Shown here one piece after another: positions 8,526 through 16,962 of a stretch of 28,319 bases of DNA. Source of the DNA: Bacteroidales bacterium (GTDB lineage: Bacteria; Bacteroidota; Bacteroidia; Bacteroidales; CAIWKO01); NCBI GenBank assembly GCA_035389045.1, contig DAOORA010000012.1, forward strand, positions 62,001 through 90,319. The letters run 5' to 3'. How positions within the stretch are numbered: the stretch's first letter is position 1; each line of letters opens with the position of its first letter. Position numbers and translations under genes: made by a program. The notes beneath the pieces were generated by a model. It was not told the DNA's origin and searched no databases. It saw nothing but the letters and a program-made list of their open reading frames with translations.

Positions 8526-10433
8526 ATGACCATACAGCAGATTCTGACCAAATACTGGGGATATTCTTCTTTCCGTCCGATGCAGGAAGACATCATCAAC
8601 TCGGTACTAGCCGGTAATGACACGCTGGCATTGATGCCCACCGGCGGAGGTAAATCGCTGTGTTACCAGGTGCCGGCTATGGTGAGCGAAGGGCTCTGCA
8701 TTGTTGTATCGCCGCTCATCGCCCTGATGAAAGACCAGGTGGAAAACCTTAAAAGACGGGGTATCAAAGCCATCGCCATTTATTCGGGCATGAGTCAGTA
8801 CGAGATAGACATTGCTTTTGACAATGCCGTGTTCGACAAAGAGGTGAAACTGCTCTACCTTTCGCCCGAACGCTTGATCACCAGCCTGTTCCGAGCCAAG
8901 TTGAAACGCATGAAGGTAAACCTGCTCGCCGTTGACGAGGCGCACTGTATCTCACAATGGGGTTATGATTTCAGGCCACCATACCTGCAGATAGCCGAAA
9001 TCCGTGAATATATCCCCGATGTTCCAATTCTGGCGCTTACTGCCACAGCTACCCGCGAAGTGGTGGATGACATACAGAATAACCTGAAATTCCGGAAAAA
9101 CAATCTGTTTCAGGTCAGCTTTGAACGCAAAAACCTCTCGTATTTTGTAAAAAAAGATGAAAACAAACTGCATCTGCTCCTGAAAATTGCAGACAAAAAC
9201 AAAGGTTCCGGCATTGTATATGTACGAAACCGTAAGAAAACAAAGATTATTTCGGATTTCCTAAATAAAAATCAGGTCAGCGCCGATTTTTACCACGCCG
9301 GACTGGAGCCCGACCTGAGAGATAAAAGACAGACAGCCTGGCAAAAAAATGAAAAACGCGTGATGGTGTGCACCAATGCCTTTGGCATGGGCATCGACAA
9401 ACCCGATGTGCGTTTTGTGGTTCACCTTGACCTTCCCGACTGTATCGAAGCTTATTTTCAGGAAGCCGGCCGCGCAGGCAGGGATGAGAAAAAAGCCTTC
9501 GCCGTGCTGCTCTATGAAAATGCAGACATTCTTGATGCTTATAAAAACTTTGAAAACTCATTCCCTGATAAAAAAATAATACGCAAAGTATACACCTGCC
9601 TGGGCAATTATTATCAGCTTGCTGTCGGCTCTGGCGCCGATACTACTTACGTATTTAACATCAACGAATTCTGTGATCAGTACAACCTCCAGCCTGTCAT
9701 CGCTTACAACTCCATAAAATTTCTTGAAAAAGAAGGCTATGTGTACCTCTCCGACTCGTTCAATGATGCATCAAAAGTCCATTTTATTCCGGATAACAAG
9801 GCTTTGTACAGATTCCAGCTGGCCAATCCGAGATATGATCCTTTTATTAAGTTATTGCTACGCTTATACAGCGGGCTTTTCAATGATTTCGTAAAAATTG
9901 AAGAAAACGAGATTGCACGGAAAATGAATACCGGAACGGAAACCGTTGTCAAAACCCTTGATGAACTGGTCAGGCAGGATGTCCTGTTTTATGAGGCACG
10001 CAGCAGCCTGCCCAAACTGACCTTCACTTGCGAACGCCTCGACGACCGCGGCCTGATACTCAGCGATGACAACTATGGGGAAATCAGACACAAGGCCCTG
10101 ATAAGGCTCGAAGCAATGACCGAATATGTCGCATCAAAAACCAAATGCCGTTGTCAGTATCTGTTGGAATATTTCGGCGAAAAAAACAGCAAACGTTGCG
10201 GCACCTGTGATATTTGCCTGAAAAGAAATGAGCTGGGCCTTACTGAATTTGAGTTCGACTCCATAGTCGAAATCATCAGACCCTTGCTGACCGAAAAGCC
10301 CATGACAACGGAAGAAATCCTGTCGGAAGTTACAGATCCCCCCAATGAAGACCACCTGATCAAGGTACTGAGATGGCTTGTAGATAATGATAAGATTGAT
10401 GTGAATAAAGAAGGCAAATACCGCTGGAGTTAA
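8526..10433 (+). CDS. recQ: RecQ-family ATP-dependent DNA helicase (Bacteroidota RecQ2-like, no HRDC)
   Basis: MPTGGGKS, VDEAHCISQWGYDFRP, TATAT, AFGMGIDKPDVR, QEAGRAGRD and a Zn-binding CR...CGTCDIC. The symbol denotes the family; this may be a paralogue of the main recQ. Confidence 0.93.
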   Translation: MTIQQILTKYWGYSSFRPMQEDIINSVLAGNDTLALMPTGGGKSLCYQVPAMVSEGLCIVVSPLIALMKDQVENLKRRGIKAIAIYSGMSQYEIDIAFDNAVFDKEVKLLYLSPERLITSLFRAKLKRMKVNLLAVDEAHCISQWGYDFRPPYLQIAEIREYIPDVPILALTATATREVVDDIQNNLKFRKNNLFQVSFERKNLSYFVKKDENKLHLLLKIADKNKGSGIVYVRNRKKTKIISDFLNKNQVSADFYHAGLEPDLRDKRQTAWQKNEKRVMVCTNAFGMGIDKPDVRFVVHLDLPDCIEAYFQEAGRAGRDEKKAFAVLLYENADILDAYKNFENSFPDKKIIRKVYTCLGNYYQLAVGSGADTTYVFNINEFCDQYNLQPVIAYNSIKFLEKEGYVYLSDSFNDASKVHFIPDNKALYRFQLANPRYDPFIKLLLRLYSGLFNDFVKIEENEIARKMNTGTETVVKTLDELVRQDVLFYEARSSLPKLTFTCERLDDRGLILSDDNYGEIRHKALIRLEAMTEYVASKTKCRCQYLLEYFGEKNSKRCGTCDICLKRNELGLTEFEFDSIVEIIRPLLTEKPMTTEEILSEVTDPPNEDHLIKVLRWLVDNDKIDVNKEGKYRWS

Positions 10434-10463
10434 AATAATAAATATTTGAATATTATTTTTTGA

Positions 10464-10585
10464 CCGTTGGGCGAAACTTGTAACTTCGCACCGCACTTTT
10501 TATCAATCATGTTTTACATCATGTTGTGCGAAGTTTGTAGTGTCTGTTGCACAAATACCGTTGTGCGAAGTTTGTAACTTCGCAC
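10464..10585 (+). repeat. Cluster of REP-like palindromes between convergent recQ and yigZ
   Basis: ccgttgtgcgaagtttgtaacttcgcac at 10558-10585 (perfect 10-bp stem GTGCGAAGTT/AACTTCGCAC), a 3-mismatch copy at 10464-10491 and a half copy at 10523-10539. Confidence 0.75.
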
Positions 10586-10674
10586 TCCGTATCATATTTC
10601 CCACGCGTAAGCCCAACTCCAGCGGAATAATAATTCTTATGTTTATTTCGTTATGCTTCAGTTGCAGCAATTCA

Positions 10675-11289
10675 TCACGCAGTCCGCAGAAAAGATACGG
10701 TAACCCCACGTATATGCGTAAGCTTTTCATATACCTTTCCCGCATGAAGTTTCCTGATAGAAAATTCTATCCTGCATTTCAGGTCAAAATTCTGTGAAAG
10801 CTGTTTAATATCGTCGTCTTTCAGCACTCTCATCACATCGTTCATCTGTTCGTAGGTGAACAGCACCTCATAAACATCATTAACTGTTCTTTCAACGATG
10901 CGGTTGTGTTCAAGAGCCTCTTTCGCAGCTGTTTTGTACGCGTTGATCAGCCCGCTGACGCCGAGTTTGGTGCCGCCATAGTACCGGACAACAACGACCA
11001 GAATGTTCGTAAGATCCTTGGCTTGTATTTGCCCGAAGATAGGCCTCCCGGCAGTACCCGATGGCTCTCCGTCGTCGCTGAAACGGTACACGCTCTTGTC
11101 AAAGCTCAGCCGAAACGCATAACAATGATGTGTAGCGTCAAAATACTTCTTTCTGATCTGCTCAAGCTCCTGCTTCATTTCAGCTTCATTACCTACAGGA
11201 ACGGCCAACCCTATAAATCTGCTGGAACGGTCGCGGAAAACACTTTCAGAAGGCTCAGTAATGGTCAGGTAGGTATCTTCAAATAACAT
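10675..11289 (-). CDS. yigZ: YigZ/IMPACT family protein
   Basis: DRSSRFIG, DATHHCYAFR, DDGEPSGTAGRPI and VVRYYGGTKLGVSGLINAY. Start is ATG 11289 or 11295, since a TATATTTG box at 11305-11312 overlaps the track's TTG start. Confidence 0.93.
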   Translation of the reverse strand: MLFEDTYLTITEPSESVFRDRSSRFIGLAVPVGNEAEMKQELEQIRKKYFDATHHCYAFRLSFDKSVYRFSDDGEPSGTAGRPIFGQIQAKDLTNILVVVVRYYGGTKLGVSGLINAYKTAAKEALEHNRIVERTVNDVYEVLFTYEQMNDVMRVLKDDDIKQLSQNFDLKCRIEFSIRKLHAGKVYEKLTHIRGVTVSFLRTA

Positions 11290-11448
11290 GAACATGATTT
11301 TGTACAAATATAGTTTTTTTTGAAATCACCTATAAAACCTGATTCATTAATACCGATATGTGAAAATGTACACTTCCGGTTGTTGATAAATAAACCCCGG
11401 AGCCCTTCATAGCCAGATAAAGTCTTCGTAAATTTGCAAAAATTTTCA

Positions 11449-13299
11449 ATGATGAACACCGGTGATTATAACGATGGGGCCATACGCACCCTCGAGTGGA
11501 ACGAGCATATCAGGCAGCGCCCCGGGATGTACATTGGCAAACTGGGCGACGGCACCTCACCCGATGACGGGATATATGTGCTTCTTAAAGAAACACTCGA
11601 TAATGCCATCGACGAGTTCATCATGGGCAACGGCAGGTCTGTGGAAATAACCATCAAAGACCAGACGGTAACCGTACGCGATTATGGCCGGGGAATCCCC
11701 CTCAACAAACTGGCCGACTGCGTTTCCAAAATAAATACAGGTGCCAAATACGACTCTAAGGTTTTTGTCAAAACAGTAGGGCTGAATGGTGTTGGCTCCA
11801 AAGCAGTTAATGCCCTTTCCTCTTATTTTGCGGCACAATCCATACGCGAACAAAAAATCAAAACCGTGGAATTCCAGGAAGGCATTCTGATAAAAGACCA
11901 CCCGATAACCGACACCCAACAATACAACGGTACCATCATCAAATTTACTCCCGACGAAAAAATTTTCGGAAACTTTCATTTCATTTCCGAATACATCGAA
12001 AAGATGCTTTGGAATTACGCTTTCCTCAATAATGGGCTCGCTATTATTTTCAACGGACAGCGCTTTGTCTCAAAAAACGGACTGCTCGATCTGCTGAATA
12101 ATTACATCGACGGGCCCACACTATACCCAATCATCCACATCAAAGAAAACGGTTTTGAATGTGCCATCACTCATAGCGCAACAAAATATAACGAAGAATA
12201 TTATTCTTTTGTCAACGGACAGCATACCACCCAGGGAGGCACACACCAGCAGTCATTCCGTGAAGCTGTCGTGAAAACCATACGCGAATTTTACAAAAAA
12301 GATTTCGAACCCAGCGACATCCGAGAATCTATTGTGGCCGCCATAAGTATCAAAGTCCAGGAACCGGTGTTTGAATCGCAGACCAAAACAAAACTTGGTT
12401 CTCAATATATTGAACCCAACGGGCCTACAGTGAGAAACTACGTACAGGACATCATAAAAAAACATCTGGATGATTACCTGCACATGCACCCGGAAACGTC
12501 CGAAGCCTTGCTCCGTAAGATTCTGCAGTCCGAAAAAGAAAGAAAAGAACTGGCAAACATCAAGAAACTGGCCAAAGACAGTATCAAAAAAGTAAGCCTC
12601 CACAACAAAAAACTCAGGGATTGCCGTATTCATTATAATACCAATGAGGAACGACGATACGAGAGCACCCTGTTCATCACCGAAGGAGACTCTGCAAGCG
12701 GCTCCATCACCAAATCACGGGATGTGAATACACAGGCTGTGTTCAGCCTGAGAGGAAAACCTTTGAACTGCTATGGCATGACAAAAAAAGTCTGCTACGA
12801 AAACGAAGAGTTCAACCTGCTGCAGTCAGCCCTGAACATCGAAGAAGATACGGAAAACCTCCGCTACAACAATATTGTCATAGCCACCGATGCCGATGTA
12901 GACGGCATGCATATACGGCTGTTGCTGCTCACCTTCTTCCTTCAGTTTTACCCGGAAGTCATACGTTCAGGACACTTGTATATCCTGCAAACCCCGCTGT
13001 TCAGGGTAAGAAATAAGAAAAAAACCATTTACTGTTATAGCGATGCTGAAAGAATTAAGGCTATCGCCGAACTGGGAACCAACCCGGAAATAACCAGATT
13101 TAAAGGCCTGGGTGAGATATCGCCTGACGAATTCAAACATTTTATCGGCCCCAACATCCGCCTCGAACCGGTGATGCTCACCAAAGATTCACCCGTAAAA
13201 GACCTCTTGTCGTTTTATATGGGAAAAAACACTCCGGAAAGACAGGAATTCATTATTGAAAACCTGAAAGTTGAACTGGACGTAGTGGAAACACACTGA
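11449..13299 (+). CDS. parE: DNA topoisomerase IV subunit B
   Basis: [16 protein letters not shown] ATPase motifs (DNAIDE, DYGRGIP, GLNGVG), TOPRIM motifs ([25 protein letters not shown]) and RFKGLGE. Bacteroidota ParE-type sequence. A TAAATTTG box at 11429-11436 supports ATG 11449 or 11452. Confidence 0.92.
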   Translation: MMNTGDYNDGAIRTLEWNEHIRQRPGMYIGKLGDGTSPDDGIYVLLKETLDNAIDEFIMGNGRSVEITIKDQTVTVRDYGRGIPLNKLADCVSKINTGAKYDSKVFVKTVGLNGVGSKAVNALSSYFAAQSIREQKIKTVEFQEGILIKDHPITDTQQYNGTIIKFTPDEKIFGNFHFISEYIEKMLWNYAFLNNGLAIIFNGQRFVSKNGLLDLLNNYIDGPTLYPIIHIKENGFECAITHSATKYNEEYYSFVNGQHTTQGGTHQQSFREAVVKTIREFYKKDFEPSDIRESIVAAISIKVQEPVFESQTKTKLGSQYIEPNGPTVRNYVQDIIKKHLDDYLHMHPETSEALLRKILQSEKERKELANIKKLAKDSIKKVSLHNKKLRDCRIHYNTNEERRYESTLFITEGDSASGSITKSRDVNTQAVFSLRGKPLNCYGMTKKVCYENEEFNLLQSALNIEEDTENLRYNNIVIATDADVDGMHIRLLLLTFFLQFYPEVIRSGHLYILQTPLFRVRNKKKTIYCYSDAERIKAIAELGTNPEITRFKGLGEISPDEFKHFIGPNIRLEPVMLTKDSPVKDLLSFYMGKNTPERQEFIIENLKVELDVVETH

Positions 13300-13571
13300 A
13301 AGGCATATGATAAACCCGGTCAGGTAAATGACTTCTGCTTAGGAAAGTTTCCTTCTGTATATGATACATATAATATCCGAAAGGCATTAAAAACAATCAA
13401 CTGCGTTATTATATTCCGGCACAGGTATTCCACACAACGGAAATATAACCTGATGACATAGCATAAAGGAAAAATACAAACACAACAAATATAAAACCAT
13501 ACCATACTATAAACCAATTTCCCTGCGTTGTACTTTTGTCATTTGCAGTTTTTTTTTATCTTTACAGGCCT

Positions 13572-14729
13572 ATGAGCAAAAACAAAAAAATAAGCCGGCG
13601 TGATTTTATCCGGTACTGTGCACAATATGCCGGAATAGCCGCGCTGGGGCTGTCAGGATTTGATGTTTTTGCTGAAAATAAAAAATTATTAACCATGGAA
13701 AAACCTGATGATATCTGGAAATGGAAAGCCCTTGCACATTACTACACCAAAACTGAAAATGGTGTTGTATGCGGACTATGCCCCAATGCCTGCCTGATAA
13801 AACCCAGCGAAAAAGGATTTTGCAGAACCCGCGTCAATTATAAGAACGACCTGTACGCCATCAACTATGGGAACCCCTGCTCTATAAATACCGACCCGGT
13901 CGAGAAAAAACCCCTGTACCATTTTTTGCCGGAAAGCTCCGCATTTTCGCTGGCTACCGCCGGATGTAACTACACCTGCCTGAACTGCCAGAACTGGGAA
14001 ATTTCACAGGTTTCACCTTTTGATACAAAAAATTACGACCTTTTTCCGGAAAACGTCGTGGCATACGCATTAAAAAATAATTGTGAAAGCATCGCCTATA
14101 CCTATACTGAACCTGTGGTATTTTATGAATATGTATATGATACGGCAAAACTTGCCCGCGAAAAAGGCCTGAAAAACCTGTTCATCTCGAACGGCTCCAT
14201 CAACGAAGCCCCGTTGAGAAAACTCTGCAAATACCTTGATGCAGCTAATATCAACCTCAAAAGTTTTAAAGAGGAAACATACCGTAAACTCAACGGAGGC
14301 AGACTGGCGACGGTAAAAAATTCACTTAATATCTTTAAGGAAGAAGGCGTCTGGCTCGAAATCACCAACCTGATCGTACCGGGCTGGACCGACGACCTCG
14401 ACATGATAAAAGAAATGTGTGACTGGCTTTATGATGCGGGGTTTTCAAATTACCCCCTGCATTTCAGCAGGTTTTTTCCTATGTATAAACTCACCCAGCT
14501 GCCTGCAACACCCATTGAAGTACTCAACAAAGCACACGACATTGCCCTGGCTGCAGGAATCCGGCATGTATATATCGGCAATGTCCCGGGGACAGAATAC
14601 GATGACACCTATTGCCCGAAATGCAGGAAAAAAATTATTGAACGCAGGGGATACACCATAATTTCCAACGCTATCAAACAAGGAAAATGCGGATTTTGCG
14701 GAGAACAAATCAATGGCGTATGGAAGTAA
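13572..14729 (+). CDS. amrS: AmmeMemoRadiSam system radical SAM enzyme with N-terminal twin-arginine signal
   Basis: CGLCPNAC...GFCRTR, DPVEKKPLYHF, GCNYTCLNCQNWEISQ (CxxxCxxC), IAYTYTEP, PLHFSRFFPMYK, YIGNVPG and C-terminal CPKC/CGFC. The N-terminus reads SRRDFIR followed by a hydrophobic stretch ending in VFA. Confidence 0.9.
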   Translation: MSKNKKISRRDFIRYCAQYAGIAALGLSGFDVFAENKKLLTMEKPDDIWKWKALAHYYTKTENGVVCGLCPNACLIKPSEKGFCRTRVNYKNDLYAINYGNPCSINTDPVEKKPLYHFLPESSAFSLATAGCNYTCLNCQNWEISQVSPFDTKNYDLFPENVVAYALKNNCESIAYTYTEPVVFYEYVYDTAKLAREKGLKNLFISNGSINEAPLRKLCKYLDAANINLKSFKEETYRKLNGGRLATVKNSLNIFKEEGVWLEITNLIVPGWTDDLDMIKEMCDWLYDAGFSNYPLHFSRFFPMYKLTQLPATPIEVLNKAHDIALAAGIRHVYIGNVPGTEYDDTYCPKCRKKIIERRGYTIISNAIKQGKCGFCGEQINGVWK

Positions 14730-15829
14730 AAAATAAAAAATATATCATGGTAATATATTTTATCCCGGTACTTATTTTATGCATCTCTTTCTCCACCTTG
14801 AATTTAAACAAAATAAATACCTCTGACAATACCGGTAACTGGGAAGAGCAGCTCAACAGCCTGAACCATCTGGTCATGCGTACATCTTCCATAAACCTTA
14901 TCCATGGCCTTGCCCTCAGCCAGGAACAGGTTCAGGAATTAATACCGCTTGCCTTGCAGGTTGATCAGCTTAACCTTGATTTTCCTGACGGTATTGAATA
15001 TTACAGCCACGACCTGAAAGGAATCTGCAATACCTATAAAATCCTATCAGGAGTTTTGCTGGAAGACAAACCTATAAGCGATAGCCTGAAAAATACCGTA
15101 TATCGCGCCCGGGAACTGCATTCGGATATAATAAAACGCAGCCTGCTGGCTGCACATATGCCGGGTTATCAGGCAGAAGGATGTTTGAAATGTCATGCCG
15201 CTCCGGAACTTTTCCCGAAAGGAAGCATTTCCGGCAAAAACACACCGCCCATCAGCGCCGAAGACCGCAAAGAAATTGATCTGGCACACGTTAAAGGATT
15301 GTTTGGCGAGGAAGGTACGCTGTTGTTGTGGAACCTTCGTGACCAGGTATACAAAATACTCACCAGCGAACAAAAATATGTGTTCGGCAGTTTCCGCTGT
15401 TGCCTGATACCACAGGAAGATGTCGCAAACCCCGGGATTTACGGACAATCATTTGTAACCAATGAATGGATAGCCTATTTTCGGAAGATCAGGGAGGTGA
15501 ACGACAATGACTGGCAGAATTATAAAAGCCTTTTCTTCATCCCCCTGGGCGACATCCTGGAATCCAAACTACCCGGTATCAGGAAAAAAGATAAGACAAA
15601 ACTGCTGGATGAAGCCGAAACGGTGATCAATGATTCAAGAAAAATGGATGAAATAGATTTCGAACTGCAGAAAGAAAATCTCTGTGTCCGGCTGAGTGAA
15701 GCCCTGAAAATTGACCTCCTGAACGGCGAAGCCACCCGCCAGCCCGATGAACGGAAATTCATCGCCGCCATGTTTCTGCTTTACCCCGGAAATAGCGCAG
15801 TATACATGAAATCAGCAGGACAGAAATAA
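14720..15829 (+). CDS. Exported or membrane-anchored helical protein with one CxxCH heme-c motif, function unknown
   Basis: ATG 14720 overlaps the end of amrS by 10 nt. Basic then hydrophobic N-terminus (KNKKYIMVIYFIPVLILCISFS), CLKCH at 15182-15196, LSQEQ and LTSEQK motifs, and RCC. Confidence 0.7.
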   Translation: MEVKNKKYIMVIYFIPVLILCISFSTLNLNKINTSDNTGNWEEQLNSLNHLVMRTSSINLIHGLALSQEQVQELIPLALQVDQLNLDFPDGIEYYSHDLKGICNTYKILSGVLLEDKPISDSLKNTVYRARELHSDIIKRSLLAAHMPGYQAEGCLKCHAAPELFPKGSISGKNTPPISAEDRKEIDLAHVKGLFGEEGTLLLWNLRDQVYKILTSEQKYVFGSFRCCLIPQEDVANPGIYGQSFVTNEWIAYFRKIREVNDNDWQNYKSLFFIPLGDILESKLPGIRKKDKTKLLDEAETVINDSRKMDEIDFELQKENLCVRLSEALKIDLLNGEATRQPDERKFIAAMFLLYPGNSAVYMKSAGQK

Positions 15830-15830
15830 T

Positions 15831-15933
15831 ACCCAAGTGAAATTTTAGTTAGTCCATGGTTGCTGAGCTTGCCGAAGCAAAGACGTACTACAATTTCATA
15901 CTTTGGTTATGCCTGCCTGGCCGGCAGACAGGC
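15831..15933. repeat. Small imperfect inverted-repeat element with internal REP-like unit, followed by a GC-rich palindrome
   Basis: Arms acccaagtgaaattttagt (15831-15849) and actacaatttcatactttggt (15887-15907) enclose ggttgctgagcttgccgaagca. gcctgcctggccggcagacaggc follows at 15911-15933. Confidence 0.5.
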
Positions 15934-16110
15934 CGATAGAAAAAATAAATAGTACAAACAATTGAAATGAAGTTTGGACTATATTATTTTTCAAATCTAT
16001 ATAATTCCATTTTAAATACTGGTAATCAATTATTTAATAATGTATTTTTTTATGCGAAACAATTCGGTTTTTTTCGGGATAGGTTAGCCGATATTTGGCG
16101 CGCGGGCAAT

Positions 16111-16366
16111 TCCTGGCGTGCGAGCCGGCGGTGGCGTGAATCAGAAAACATTTGAAAATCTGCAAAGGCCCCGCCACAGGCGGGGTTTCCCGACCAGCTA
16201 TGCTGCGTCGGGACTACTTTGCTTAGATTTTCAATGTTTTCTGAGGGCGGGCTGAAGCATTCGCCAGGAGGTCCTTTCCTGCCTGCCGCAGTGTTCGTCA
16301 CGCAGGCAGGTTTGCTTACTTTTTTGCCTGCCCCGCCAAAGGCGTGGGGACAAGCAAAAAAGTAAG
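16111..16366. repeat. Highly structured multi-stem non-coding element (MITE-like or ncRNA)
   Basis: Nested pairings 16111-16118/16262-16269, 16141-16161/16225-16244 and 16162-16167/16217-16222. Hairpins at 16169-16185, 16188-16213, 16278-16310 and 16315-16366. Confidence 0.65.
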
Positions 16367-16476
16367 AGAATAATATCATGTTTACAACAGAAACAAAAGC
16401 GAAATATTAAATTATAAACGCTTTTCTAATTTTTAAACTATTGGCAATCAGTATAAGCCTTGCACCCTATAATAAT

Positions 16477-16800
16477 GAACGTTTGCAGGCGGCTGAGCCT
16501 CCGGCAGCTTATTATTGCAGGCTGCGCCTGCCTAAGGCATAGTCCGAAATTTCGCAAGGGCGGTTGTACAAACCTGAACGAACGTTCCGAATGTTTGCCG
16601 GAGGCTGTGCCTCCGGCAGCTTATTATTGCAGGCTGCGCCTGCCTAAGGCATAGTCCAAAATTTCGCAAGGGCGGTTGTACAAACCTGAACGAACGTTCC
16701 GAACGTTTGCCGGAGGCTGTGCCTCCGGCGGCTTATTATTGCAGACTGCGCCTGCCTAAGGCATAGTCCAAAATATCGTAAGGGCGGTTGTACAACCCTG
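16477..16800 (+). repeat. Tandem array of three structured 112-bp units (third copy 100 bp)
   Basis: Units start at 16477, 16589 and 16701. Consensus gaacgtttgccggaggctgtgcctccggcagcttattattgcaggctgcgcctgcctaaggcatagtccaaaatttcgcaagggcggttgtacaaacctg plus linker aacgaacgttcc. Confidence 0.97.
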
Positions 16801-16962
16801 TCAGAAATGTGTCATGACAAAAAACATCAGGATCAGACCTTCCCCCGTTAGTATCAGTTCGCAACTACTTCAGAAAGAGATTTCCATTACATTTCAAACA
16901 AAGAACCTCATTTCAGATATATTTTTTTCTGGCCTGCAAAGCATAAACACCCTGCCTGGAGT

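Noticed and set aside
10503..10797. ORFs 10503-10745 and 10540-10797
   Set aside because: They overlap yigZ and the REP-like palindromes and look like shadow frames.
11449..13299. gyrB
   Set aside because: The sequence features ([44 protein letters not shown]) fit Bacteroidota ParE better than GyrB.
13320..13517. 65-aa hydrophobic ORF on the - strand between parE and amrS
   Set aside because: TTG start and low-complexity composition arising from an A-rich opposite strand, with no recognisable motif. It cannot be supported, though it is not excluded.
16477..16800. CRISPR array or type III toxin-antitoxin RNA array
   Set aside because: Units are 112 bp and near-identical throughout, with no unique spacers and no cas genes. 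Type III antitoxin repeats are much shorter and precede a ToxN-like gene, which is absent.
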